Shown piece after piece: positions 1-11,739 of a stretch of DNA of 49,220 bases. Numbering within the stretch: the first letter of the stretch is position 1; each line of letters begins with the position of its first letter. Origin of the DNA: Octopus bimaculoides (taxonomy: Eukaryota). Location: assembly GCF_001194135.2 (NCBI RefSeq), contig NC_069003.1:28934403-28983622 (forward strand), given 5' to 3'. The translations under genes and the position numbers were made by a program. The notes under the pieces were generated by a model that saw only the letters and a list, made by a program, of their open reading frames with translations, had not been told where the DNA came from and did not search any database.

Positions 1-99
1 GTCTCTGGCAGGTGATGTGACCACATAGAGGTACATTTGTTGGTTAAAGATCCCACCAAAATCATGGTTTCAAATTCTTGTACATGGCCAGCAGTTTTT

Positions 100-222
100 G
101 TGGAAGTCGATTACATCGACTTCAATACTTGGTTAGTTTTATTTTATCGAATCCAAAAGTTGAAGCCAATATCAACCCCGGTGTAATTTGAACTCAGAAT
201 GGTTTTGTCAGCTCACCGCCTT
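100..222 (-). mobile_element. Degenerate, internally deleted copy of tRNA-headed CORE-type SINE (family A)
   Basis: Minus strand reads AAGGCGGTGAGCTG...TTCTGAGTTCAAATTACACCGGGGTTGA...GATAAAATAAA...GTCGATGTAATCGAC, matching the head, B-box-like and 3' segments seen in the copies at 18809 and 34980. Confidence 0.7.
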
Positions 223-482
223 CCTCCAACGGAATAAAGAAGGTCTTGTTCAGTTGTATACCTTCCGAAAAATAAATGAACAACAATAGAAAAATAAAAG
301 ATAAAAATAATAAAATGAGCAATAAAAATAAAATAACTAAATATGAAAAAAATTACATATAAAATATTAATAAATAGTAAGCAAAAACTTAGTATCGGCA
401 CGTGCGTACGTTATTTATTTGAGGCTAGATAAATTCTACTGATTATGCTAAGATAATCATACCGAGGATACTGGTTGCATAG

Positions 483-515
483 CTGAATGAGATTATCTGA
501 ATGAGATTATCTGAA
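483..515. repeat. 14-bp tandem repeat (CTGAATGAGATTAT) x2.4
   Basis: Read directly: ctgaatgagattat ctgaatgagattat ctgaa. Confidence 0.9.
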
Positions 516-1180
516 AAATAACTTCTTGAATAAATAGATACCCTTTTCTGTAGACAAGACAAAATATGATAAGGTCCTATTACGTTTTCTCATTTCCCTT
601 CAAATTCTATCTCCGAATTCATATAACAAATTATCGGTGATACTGAAAGTAGATTGATGATGGCTTAGACGAGATAATCACTATTGAAATATAGTATAAA
701 AGTAAAAACGAGTTTAGTGGAAATAACGAGTGTGCAGATAACTAAATCATTGTACGGGGAGGGAATATAATCATCTGACTCGGGTCGTTTGAGCCTTTGT
801 TTTTCTCGAACACAACGTTTCGACGGGATTATTATTCCCCGCCCATACACGCGCGCAAACACACACACACAAGGGTTTTTTGATAGTGTTTCAGTGTGCA
901 GTATGAAGTGTCCTGGTGATACTGGGAGCATCTCACGCAGTTTAACATTCCTCTTTGATATTTTGAAATTTACACCTCCAGGGGCTGCAAATGAAAAGCA
1001 AAAAACTACAGATAGTAATATCTAATGAAGAGTTGGTATAGAAAGTCAGGATTAGGTGTAGCTTTTACGCCATCACCAAGGAGAAGACAAAATATAGATG
1101 AGAAGAAGTGGAGACAAGAAATAGTAAGACGTGGTTGAATAAACTTGCACAAACGGACATGTTCGGAGTTGCACTGCTGG

Positions 1181-1192
1181 GCCACCTGGTGG
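1181..1192 (-). promoter_or_regulatory. CTCF-core-like motif CCACCAGGTGGC
   Basis: Plus strand GCCACCTGGTGG (near-palindromic), preceded by TTGCACTGCTGG. Matches the bilaterian CTCF core consensus; motif match only, no binding data. Confidence 0.3.
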
Positions 1193-1761
1193 GGATAAAT
1201 ATAGTAATTATTTTTGTTATAAATCTACTGGCACTACATTGAAGTGATCAAAGACTAAAGAGCTTAAAACGCGTATCTGGGAATCTGACAGGGAAAAGAG
1301 CTGTGCAGATGATATATGTTTTACCCTGAGAATATGTTGTCCACGGTAAATTGCAGTAAATCTGCTTTCAGAAATTAAAAATATGATACAAATATATTTT
1401 AGCTAGTCTGAAGGTCATTTATACTACCTTGCTTTCAACCAAACAGATGTCTTTGAAATTGTGTGCATTTCCACAGAAAGATCTTGATATAGTTGGATAT
1501 AAGATGCGAATATTCATTAAAAATATGTTGTAGCTTATGAAGTGGATTTGATAGTAAAGATATCAGAAACATTCACAAATTTTAGTTAAAGCTTTATATA
1601 TCTTTTATGAGATCTGTTGGAGTTTTGCAATATAAATGAAAGCACACAAAAAATGTTGGTTTTATAGCAATTGATATTGCTATGTGAATCTAACAAGATT
1701 AGAAGTTCTTCACATATAATCAAACATCAACTACTGACTGGCAGACAGGTTTATTGCTATG

Positions 1762-1971
1762 TTCACTTATTATCAATCAGTATTCAACCAACACGTTAGT
1801 CTCAAAAACATTGATTGAGTTTAGCAGAAGTCTACATTCCCAGTCTTCTTCATTTGGTCTCGCCACTTCACTTATTATCAATCAGTATTCAACCAACACG
1901 TTAGTCTCAAAAACATTGATTGAGTTTAGCAGAAGTCTACATTTCCAGTCTTCTTCATTTGGTCTCGCCAC
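1762..1971. repeat. 105-bp direct tandem duplication (2 copies, 1 mismatch)
   Basis: 1762-1866 and 1867-1971 are identical except attcccag vs atttccag. This explains the repeated peptide in ORF 1754..2008. Confidence 0.95.
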
Positions 1972-2593
1972 TGGACTGAAGATGGTGAGAGACTCAAGTC
2001 GGCAGTGAGCAAATTTTATTAATTTTAAACTAAGTCATCGAGCAAGTCATCAGTCATCCTTATGAATGGACTTGATGGCTCTCATCGAACCGATGGATGA
2101 ACATGAATATTGCAAAATGCATACTTGAACAAGGTATATAATTCCTATGGTAGATTTTATTCACTCCTATATATTCTGAGCAGCTGCGGACTTCACAATA
2201 TGCGATCATGCAAAAATACAAATAAATATAAAAGAATACGTAAATAAATAATATGTAAATTTCCTTGATGTTATGTGTTTGTAGTTCTGGAAACGTTTTT
2301 ACAAAAAAGATGATAGTGAGAGATAAGTTGCCTTTGATCAAGAACAGTCAACTGATCAATGAAGAATGATCAGGCATTAAATAATACTAGCATAACAGTA
2401 ATAGTCTCTCCGGTATAAATCATCTTCCATTACCTATAAAAGACATTACGTAAACACAATTCACCTTTATATTGTAATACATAAATCGTTTTCTCTTGAT
2501 GTTAGTTGCAAGCCTTCACTGATCAAAGAATGGTGATGATTAAATGTATCCACTTGTGATATTCCACTCAATAGTTCACAAATGCTTTCTTCC

Positions 2594-3017
2594 TTGAAGA
2601 CGGTAAAGTTTGGTTTGAGGGAATTTCTTTCTTTCTTTTTTTTTTTGATATTTCCTACAAGATGAGTCACTAGCTAGAGTTTCTCTCGTTGTCTATCATA
2701 CATTTGCTATTGTTGTTGCTGCTTAATCCATAAGTTTTCTCATCTTAATCTGTTTAGTAATTATATACTTTATACCTTCTTCCTTAATTTTAAGGCGGGC
2801 AAGTTGTTTGGCAAGATGAGATGTAGCTGCTCTTTCTTGTCGTTCGAGAGATCAGCTTTATACTCCACTAACAGTATATAATACGTTAATACTGAGCGAG
2901 TACAGCTATCACCATAAGAGTACCAGCTGTGACCCGCCCACCAGTATTTCATGCATCCTTCATTTTGAAGACGGTTGAAGTTATTTGAGGGTGATTAGCT
3001 GCTGTTTTAAGCAGGTC
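2594..3017 (+). repeat. Two fragments of an unclassified dispersed repeat (third piece at about 40612-40645)
   Basis: TTGAAGACGGT..AAGTT..TTTGAGGG occurs at 2594-2621 and 2965-2991. The continuation GATTAGCTGCTGTTTTAAGCAG resembles GATTTAGCTGCTATATCTAGTAG near 40622. Confidence 0.4.
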
Positions 3018-4273
3018 CAGCAACAAGAAAGAATCCATCATCAGCTTTCATGTAGTTCGTGTATTTAGAATGTTGATCGTTCGAAATGAATGTTTCCAAA
3101 GTAACATAAACAGAATTATTATTCAATTGTTTAATATCCATTGCTGCATTGACTCTTAACATGCTTTTGGCAACCTGTATCCCGTGATTTTAGAACTGTA
3201 GATAGGTGTACATTCACTAAATTGCAGTAGGATTCTCCGGTACGTTAGTAGAATCCATTATCACCTGTCATATAAGAAGTGTATTTTTCGTGATTAACAA
3301 TGACTATAAACATCTGAGGAGAATCATGAATCTACATAAGCGCCTTTCGTCCCCAGTATCATAAGAAGCAAATTTAATTTCTACCTTTTTATCTACATAT
3401 CTATCTATTAACTTATCGACGTATTTAAATGCACATATAAATATATATAGGCATTTTATTATTTTATTCTGAAAATCCGAGTTTGCGTTGGTATTCAAAT
3501 GTACTTTCGAAAATTATACTCAATGACCAAAGAATTCTATTTAGTAGCAATTTTCACTAATTCATATTCTGGGATTAATCATTTAGATGATTATTTTTAT
3601 TCATCACTTCAGGCTATATCTTTATTCATGAAAAAAATATATTGTTAAATATATTGCTCACATCATCAATACGTCTACAGCTTATGTAATCATTCGTTCT
3701 TTCTTTTTATGTAACAGCTGCCCCTGGTTATTTCTCTAGTCATTGTCTTTTGTTGACCAGATAAAACATTTTGTGGTTTAATTACGCATTTTCTCATCTA
3801 TGGGATTAAATGTTAATCTGTTAACATAAAATAAGTAACGACAGACAGCAAGTCGTAAATCAGAAATTCAGAAGCAACTATCTATAATAACTTTGGTATT
3901 AAATCATTTGTAAATATGTGAGATTCTGCCAGGTGTTGGATATACACTGTAATATATAATGGACTTTGCCATTTCCTGAGTATTTACTCACACACACACA
4001 CACAGACGCATGCGCACACACATACAAACACGCACACACATACAAACACGCACACACACATATACAGAGAAAAAACGGGTGAGCAAGAGAGAATTTTAAT
4101 GGCAAGCAAATGAGGAAATCTCTAAGTTCTCGCTTTATCTCCTAAACATAACCACATTTTGTTGAAATAATACCATTATCTTGACAAATGTAAAGCGCCC
4201 ACTCTGAAAACGACATCGGTAAAAAGATGTAAAACGAGGTTGGTCACGATTGGAAAAGTTTTGAAGCTAGGTC

Positions 4274-4276
<3 letters not shown>

Positions 4277-4372
<96 letters not shown>

Positions 4373-4420
4373 ACACACATATATATATAGGAAGAGACAG
4401 AGAGAGACAGAGAGAGACAG
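4277..4420. repeat. Compound microsatellite (AC)n-(TA)n-(GA)n
   Basis: About 100 bp of (AC)n followed by short TA and GA/GACA tracts; source of ORFs 4176..4376 and 4240..4437. Confidence 0.95.
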
Positions 4421-4521
4421 AGGTATGGAGGTTTTAAAGAAACCGTAAGAGCAGCAATAACACGAACAATTACAGCAACAGGAAAAGCTGGCTACATTCG
4501 ATATATTTTCAAGAAAGTTGT

Positions 4522-4737
4522 ATGAAAATGGCTGCAGTAATTTTGCTCATGTACCTATCGGTGTTGTTGCAAGATAAAGCAACGGCAAATGGGTGTCCAT
4601 ACTATGTTTACAATTTGAAAAGTACATGGAAAAAGGATAATTCAACTGAATGCATGCAACCATTGGAGCCCAGGCTGAAGCATTCTGACGCTTCTAATAA
4701 AACTGTATGTGTTTCTCTATGTTTTGCAGTAAAGTAA
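4522..4737 (+). CDS. Candidate small secreted Cys-containing protein, or first coding exon of one
   Basis: MKMAAVILLMYLSVLLQDKATA-NGCP...: basic-hydrophobic-small-residue signal-peptide pattern, 4 Cys (25, 44, 63, 67) and sequons NST and NKT. Second ATG lies in AAAATGG context. Possible acceptor ttttcaAG at 4512-13 and consensus donor AG|GTGAGT at 4739. No family recognised. Confidence 0.35.
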   Translation: MKMAAVILLMYLSVLLQDKATANGCPYYVYNLKSTWKKDNSTECMQPLEPRLKHSDASNKTVCVSLCFAVK

Positions 4738-5090
4738 GGTGAGTTGCTCTTATTTTGTCTTAATATTTTAAAAAAATTATAAGTACAATTCATGGATACC
4801 CTGTATTATTGTTTGTGTAGAGTAAACCGACAGGATATTAATATTGTATTTCAACCATGTGATATTCCATTTCAGAGTAGAATCATGTTATTTATCCTGT
4901 GGCAGTGGATTAGATGAATTTGTATTCAGAGACCTCCAATTCGTCATTTGAAAAACTACCCAGATCGGTTTTGTCACTATATAAATCAGGCTACATTAAG
5001 AAGAATAGCAATCTCATACTGATGCCTTTCTAACACACTTGCTTTCATATTTTCCCCTCAAAGCAGAAATAAGCATCATCACCCATTGAT

Positions 5091-5092
<2 letters not shown>

Positions 5093-5141
<49 letters not shown>

Positions 5142-5493
5142 NNNNNNNNNNNNNNNNNNNNNNNNNNNNNNNNNNNNNNNNNNNNNNNNNNNNNNNNNNN
5201 NNNNNNNNNNNNNNNNNNNNNNNNNNNNNNNNNNNNNNNNNNNNNNNNNNNNNNNNNNNNNNNNNNNNNNNNNNNNNNNNNNNNNNNNNNNNNNNNNNNN
5301 NNNNNNNNNNNNNNNNNNNNNNNNNNNNNNNNNNNNNNNNNNNNNNNNNNNNNNNNNNNNNNNNNNNNNNNNNNNNNNNNNNNNNNNNNNNNNNNNNNNN
5401 NNNNNNNNNNNNNNNNNNNNNNNNNNNNNNNNNNNNNNNNNNNNNNNNNNNNNNNNNNNNNNNNNNNNNNNNNNNNNNNNNNNNNNNNNNNNN

Positions 5494-5542
<49 letters not shown>
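5093..5542. repeat. (TA)n microsatellite spanning assembly gap 5142-5493
   Basis: TA tracts on both sides of the N run. Confidence 0.9.
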
Positions 5543-5543
<1 letters not shown>

Positions 5544-6487
5544 CGACTTCTCCATTAAACATCACATGTTACATTGCATTGGAAGTCACCTCGCTTTTCA
5601 TTGTGTTAAACGTTTGAAAAAAAAATACGATTCTCTATTGTCAGCAATATATATTCTAGTGAAGGAATAAAAGGAAAATGTAACCGCATTGGAATTGCAC
5701 ATATATCTGCAGTCTGTCGCCGTCGTCTTTCCTATACTCGAGGACACATATTAACGTTATATTATGTAATGCAATGCTGCAGATAAAAAGCATAATAATT
5801 GCTCACTGCTTTAAATATAGTTCTACTTTATTGTAAATAAATACACGGGAACAATTCAGAGGATATTTATCTTGGCCAGCCAAAGCATTATAAGAAATAA
5901 AACGTTAAAAATAAAGAATAATGACACTACATAAAAAATCTCTGAAATGTGGACAGGCTCTGTGCAGTATCTTCGGAGTAGTACTCGCACAGCAGAATAT
6001 GGAAAGCTATCAAATAAATAGAATTTAACTATATTTAATTGACCGAAATTTACATATTTCATTGGTAGATGGGAACCTATTATGTTTGCAGATTTTCCTA
6101 ACGTTGTCGCCAAAATGCAGTGGACGTTTTAGTTCAGACTACAGCAATTTGACGACCTGACCTGCATAGCGGACCTGAGTAAAGGATAGGTTTCAGAGGG
6201 TTGGTGGCATGGTGAAGCAAACTTGAGCAATGTGTTTACTGTGACGTCTTAAGGATAAGTAACTGTGAGGAAATCCGTAAAGGGAGCAAGGCAACTACAT
6301 GGGGATTGTGTGATGAAGGTAGGCAGTTACTCTAGTGTAATAAGATGATCTCGGACTACACAACGCGCAGACTTGAGTTTAAGTACGAGCATGCATATAT
6401 GTATGCCTCACTCTCACTGTTTCTCATTCTCTATATATGTATATGTATACATACACACAGACACACACACAAACACGCACGTATATA

Positions 6488-6634
6488 TTTCAAATTTACA
6501 AAAAAACAAAAGACGAAGACAAGTAAAGAAACAAGAAGCCCATGTTTGACGCTCAGGAAGAATGGAAAAGTCTTTGACTTTTCGAGCCAACCAACGCTTT
6601 TCGGTAGAAACCATTGATGGAGCTAAAAACGGAG
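6488..6634 (-). mobile_element. Possible Penelope-like/non-autonomous repeat remnant carrying a degenerate hammerhead-like motif
   Basis: Minus strand CTACCGA-AAAGC-GTTGGTTG-GCTC-GAAAAGTC (6607-6576) has the CUGANGA-stemII-GAAA layout with core substitutions, followed by TTCCTGAGCGTCAAAC...TTGTCTTCGTCTTTTG. Family assignment is inference. Confidence 0.35.
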
Positions 6635-6814
6635 NNNNNNNNNNNNNNNNNNNNNNNNNNNNNNNNNNNNNNNNNNNNNNNNNNNNNNNNNNNNNNNNNN
6701 NNNNNNNNNNNNNNNNNNNNNNNNNNNNNNNNNNNNNNNNNNNNNNNNNNNNNNNNNNNNNNNNNNNNNNNNNNNNNNNNNNNNNNNNNNNNNNNNNNNN
6801 NNNNNNNNNNNNNN

Positions 6815-6851
6815 ATATATATATGTATATAAATATATTTATATATGTATG

Positions 6852-6882
<31 letters not shown>

Positions 6883-6931
6883 ATATGTATGTATGTATGT
6901 ATATAGGTGGGTGTACGTATATATGTATGTA
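6815..6931. repeat. (TA)n/(TATG)n microsatellite
   Basis: Direct reading right of gap 6635-6814. Confidence 0.9.
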
Positions 6932-8754
6932 TTTGAGTTCATGTAAGATACACAAGGGTGATTCTGGTAAAATATTATCTGGTGCAGCCTGCTGTAAAGT
7001 CGCTTCATAAGCAACTGAACCGCTCTTTCCATTACCAGGCTGGTATGGGTGGGTTGAATTGCTAAAGCCACAGCAGCATAAAAGCAATGGCTGTTAGAAG
7101 CAGTGATGAAATCAACTTAACGTCAATGATTATATACCAAGTGCATAGGATCATCGAAACGCTATAGCCAACGAATACGCCGCAAAAGCAATTGAAAAAC
7201 ATTAATATTTATATCCATCTTAACAGCCTTTCTTTGAATATCTGTCCAATTAAAAGATACGTTAATGTAGAATTGAAAGTTGTCCGATGTAGAGCTGCAT
7301 CACCGAGAGGAATGCTGTTTCATACGAAATGTAAATGTACTTTAGTGCACGATTAACTCTCTATAATTAATTTCACGCACAGGAAATTCTTGGGAAACAT
7401 AGAAAGGTAAAAAGTCGTGTGATGGTGGGGAGCAGCGTAGCAAATTCGACCGTCTGAAAGTATGTAATTCTAAACCTTTTAGGCACGCGACTTTAGACAG
7501 TGTTCAGTTTTCTTCAAATTATGATGATGGAGAGGTTGAGTATCACATTGCGTTACTAAGCAACCGTTTCCTGAGATATAACCTCTACTATGTTATCCAG
7601 AAAGGACATACAACAGATTGTGATCTAAATATAACTTGATTAATTCTGAAACTGTCTAGCAGATAAAAGACAGGCAGGCGTCCTCACTGTACAAGCCTCT
7701 TCTAGTAATATCTAAGAAATGTAAAACTCTCCAAATTATGACGATACTCTACTCGGACATGATCGGGTCGAAGTGTCTGGATATGCATGCGTATGTATGT
7801 GTCTATAGATGCAAGTATATATACATGTATTTATATTTATATAAGAATGTGTGTTCATGTTCAAGTATTATATACACGTATTTACATGTATATAAGAATG
7901 TGTGTTCATGTTCATATTTATATATATATATATAAACTTACTACCAGCTCTGTATATGGTTGAAGAAACAAAAGTATCGTTTTCATTTTGAATCCAAAGG
8001 TCTTGCCATATCACATTTCAGATTTTTCAGTTGTGTATTTTCTCAGACATATTAACTATCCAGAGGATAGGATATTTAAAGCTCCTTTCTTTCTCCAAAA
8101 ATTAATCTTTTCTTTGGGCGATTTTGTATATAACTACGCTCTGCAATATTAATAGGTATGAAGGCGATTGTACGTCTTAGATACTGTCCCTTCAGACGCA
8201 TCATCAAATATTCATAGGTATCATTATCTTTTGTATTTTCTTTCAGTATTTACGCCATTTCTGCAGATGGCTTTCAGAAGAGATCATTTAACGCTATTAC
8301 AACCGAATGCGTCGATTGACGCATTTTGAAACGTTTATTGCACACAATTCAAAACCTGTTGTAGATTTTGACATCATGGCGCTTGATTTTTCATAGTTTT
8401 ACAATATCTATATACAATATATATTATATAAGCCACATACTGCTTATAAGTTTCGCAGGCGTCCGCAGCTTTTGAAACTTGCACTTGCTCTTCTTTATAA
8501 ATACACATGACAGCGTTTTAGATATTCAGTAATTGCATAGCCTATACAGCCCGTAACCAGAAGCAGTAAAACAAGTGAAAGCAGTCCACGAAACATTGGT
8601 TTTGAAATCCACAGGCAATCCTAATGTCACACATCGTACCAGTAAAAAATATGAAAGTGTTTTGTTGTTTTGAGTACCTTACTCCAACATGTAGAAGTTC
8701 CTTCTGAAAAAGCCTGACACCATAATTTTTCATCAAAATAAGGTAGGCGTGTTT

Positions 8755-8885
8755 GACCAAATGGCAAGGCTTTATTCTGTGAAAGCGAGTAGAAGTCATT
8801 TTCTCCAGGTTCCAAGCAATGGGAATGAACTCGGGAACATATAATGGGGAATCAAACTTCTTACCACACACCCATGTCTGCGCCT
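8755..8885 (-). mobile_element. 5' head fragment of SINE family B
   Basis: Plus strand ...AAACTTCTTACCACACACCCATGTCTGCGCCT matches the head of the 27856-28406 copy (CTTCTTACCACACAGCCACGCCTGCGCCT). Confidence 0.65.
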
Positions 8886-9544
8886 CTACAACTATAGTCA
8901 TACATATATCACACTAACATCAAACACCAATGCAACAACAAAGTGTTAATTACTTTTATGAAATGAAAAATATCATCGCCAATTAATATTGCAATGGTGT
9001 AGCTTAAAAAATTTCGTTACTGGAAAATTCTATATTTTACTAAGCGAAATTATTCGAATTATACAAGCAGACTAATAATTTCTTATTTTATTTGAAGGTT
9101 GTACAGTTTCTATTGGTGCTTATTATCAACTATTTAATTATGTAGTATATTGTTAATTAATTGAATGTTTCTTAATGAAATTATCCATATTAGTTTTTTT
9201 TTTTTTTTTCATATGAACCATATTTTTCTGATTACGAAGTCAATTAATCATCATGCATTTTAAGTAGGATCAGACATATCATAATGTACATATCTCTTCT
9301 ATAATTAAAATAATTTGTTGTTGATGCATGACATTTGCGAGAAGAAAAGCGTTGGGATATCTCAGTCTACACAGTTGATCACCTCCTCCCACTATATATA
9401 TTGCTATACGATACGCAACACTCGCAGCTACCTCCATCACAGTAACACTCCTCGTTGTAGAGATATTGATACACAGAAAATAAAATGATACAAAACAATG
9501 AATGAAGTAAAAAAGGATAAAATAAATCACAGCAACGGAGCAAT

Positions 9545-9546
<2 letters not shown>

Positions 9547-9625
<79 letters not shown>
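9547..9625. repeat. (GA)n microsatellite
   Basis: Direct reading. Confidence 0.95.
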
Positions 9626-9626
<1 letters not shown>

Positions 9627-9695
9627 GTGATAGACAGGGACTGTAATAGTCTATGTGTATATGAAATAATAAAACAAACATATAAACTATTTATC

Positions 9696-10216
9696 TTTGC
9701 TGCCCAACCACATGGTTTTGGGTTCAGTCCCACTGCGTAAAACTTATAACCCCAAGCCGACCAAAAACTTCTGAGTGGATTTCGTAAAGAGGGAAAGTGA
9801 AAGGAAAACCGTTATATATATAANNNNNNNNNNNNNNNNNNNNNNNNNNNNNNNNNNNNNNNNNNNNNNNNNNNNNNNNNNNNNNNNNNNNNNNNNNNNN
9901 NNNNNNNNNNNNNNNNNNNNNNNNNNNNNNNNNNNNNNNNNNNNNNNNNNNNNNNNNNNNNNNNNNNNNNNNNNNNNNNNNNNNNNNNNNNNNNNNNNNN
10001 NNNNNNNNNNNNNNNNNNNNNNNNNNNNNNNNNNNNNNNNNNNNNNNNNNNNNNNNNNNNNNNNNNNNNNNNNNNNNNNNNNNNNNNNNNNNNNNNNNNN
10101 NNNNNNNNATATATATATATATATATATATATACGGGGGTGTATGTATGTGCGTACGTATGCCTTTGTGTCCGTATTTTTGTCACCCACCGATTGACCAC
10201 CAACATTGGTGTAGCT
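9696..10216 (+). mobile_element. SINE family B copy with internal (TA)n expansion and gap
   Basis: TTTGCTGCCCAACCACATGGTTTTGGGTTCAGTCCCACTGCG (B-box-like GGTTCAGTCCC)...CCGACCAAAAACTTCTGAGTGGATTT...(TA)n-N-(TA)n...TTTGTCACCCACCGATTGACCACC; collinear with the copies at 23490 and 27856. Confidence 0.8.
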
Positions 10217-10322
10217 AAGACAAAATAACTTAATGTTATGTCAGACTCTCGTTGTCTAACATTTAGCCTGTCTGATAGTAAAATGTTTAGGGAAAGCGCC
10301 GTGTTCTTTGTTCTGACGTTTT

Positions 10323-10414
10323 CTACGGCCTGCTTTCATGGTAGCATAAGCCTACAGTTTTGCCTCTGTGCACATCTTTTGTTCTTCAAATAGAACATGC
10401 TCTGGCATGCCAGC
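10323..10414 (-). mobile_element. Possible RTE-type LINE ORF2 C-terminal fragment
   Basis: Minus frame GMPEHVLFEEQKDVHRGKTVGLCYHESRP loosely resembles the RTE tail motif RIPKxxLxGELxxGxRxxGRPxLRYKD, which is clearer at 24536-24792. Confidence 0.3.
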
Positions 10415-10974
10415 TGATGACGGTATAATTGTCGGACATAATTTGTATACTATTCTTTTCTAGGGAGTTACTCCGGAAAGGGAAAATTTCATAAAATCGT
10501 GATCAGAACTTGAACGTGCAACACAAAATTTATTTCCGTTTTGAAACTTATCATGCTGTCACCACTCGTCAACGACTAGACTATGAGGTTTACCTGAATG
10601 TTATTTCTTTAAGTGGCGTATCAAATTTTATGTGTATGAGTTCGAATTACAGCCATGAGCAGATGCAAATTTCTATTCTATAAGCAAATGCATATTTAAA
10701 AAAAAACGTCATTGTAAATTAATGGTAAATTGAAGAAATGCGGTAAGGAATTGTGAGTAAAAATGGAACAAGCGAACAGCTGAAATGAAAGCAAACAAAA
10801 CAGATGAAAAAACAGGAAGAGATATAAAGAAAGCAATAAATACAAGACAGAGAATGAAAGGGAATGGCTAGCGGGATAGAAAATGCATTAAGAGAGAAAT
10901 AAGATATGAAAAGAAGGTACGGGACAAAGAATTTGGGAGATATATGATGAAGAAAGTATGCGACAAGAGTAAAA

Positions 10975-10977
<3 letters not shown>

Positions 10978-11035
<58 letters not shown>

Positions 11036-11070
11036 NNNNNNNNNNNNNNNNNNNNNNGAGTGAGAGAGGG
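10978..11070. repeat. (GA)n microsatellite with short gap 11036-11057
   Basis: Direct reading. Confidence 0.9.
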
Positions 11071-11120
11071 GGGGGATGAAATTCAAAAGAAGATTTGACA
11101 TAATAGTAAGAAGAGAAAAG

Positions 11121-11399
11121 TGGCATGACGCAGTGGTTAGAGAGTTGAGCTCACAATAATGATGTAGTGAGTTCGATTTCCATACCGGGTTGTGTGTTGT
11201 GTTCTTAGGCAAGTTACTTTACTACACTATGCTCCAGTTCACTCAGATGTAGAAATGGGCTGCGACGTCATTGGTACCAAATTGTATCAGCCTTTACCTT
11301 TTGCATGGAGAGGGAAGGCTGGTACGCATGGGCGACTGCTGGTCGTCCATAAACAACCTTGCTTGGACTTGTGCCTTTCAAGGTGCAATCTTATGGTCT
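11121..11399 (+). mobile_element. tRNA-derived SINE (family C) with MIR/CORE-like central block
   Basis: A-box-like TGACGCAGTGG and B-box-like GAGTTCGATTTCC, then GGCAAGTTACTTTACTACACTATGCTCCAGTTCACTCAGATGTAGAAATGGG resembling the CORE-SINE block. Confidence 0.75.
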
Positions 11400-11415
11400 T
11401 TACAATTGTTTAAGA

Positions 11416-11451
<36 letters not shown>

Positions 11452-11520
11452 AGAGAGTGAGAGAGAGCGAGCGAGAGAGAGAGAGAGAGACAGGGAGACA
11501 GAGAGACAGAGAGACAGAAA
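11416..11520. repeat. (GA)n/(GACA)n compound microsatellite
   Basis: Direct reading. Confidence 0.9.
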
Positions 11521-11739
11521 GTAAAGAACTTACAAATGGAAGAAAGTAATTTGATAGCAATAGGGAACAAGTAAGTTATAAAGATTAATACTAGAAAAGA
11601 GAAATATTTCTATGATGAGAAAAACATTAGAAGTGCAACAACACAGATTCTGCGCAGTTGTGAGTAAAGGAAGAGAGGTAATGTTATGGGAGAAAGGAAA
11701 AAAATGCAGAAGAAAACGTACACGCATATAAAATGGAAC

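Noticed and set aside
8047-8320. Acceptor-like sites at 8046 and 8246 as second exons of the 4522 ORF
   Set aside because: All frames stop within about 40 codons, with no convincing donor or domain continuation.
10402-10436. CTGATGAC-GGTATAATT-GTC-GGAC as a hammerhead ribozyme
   Set aside because: GAAA is replaced by GGAC, no stem I/III partner was found, and it overlaps a probable RTE fragment on the other strand.
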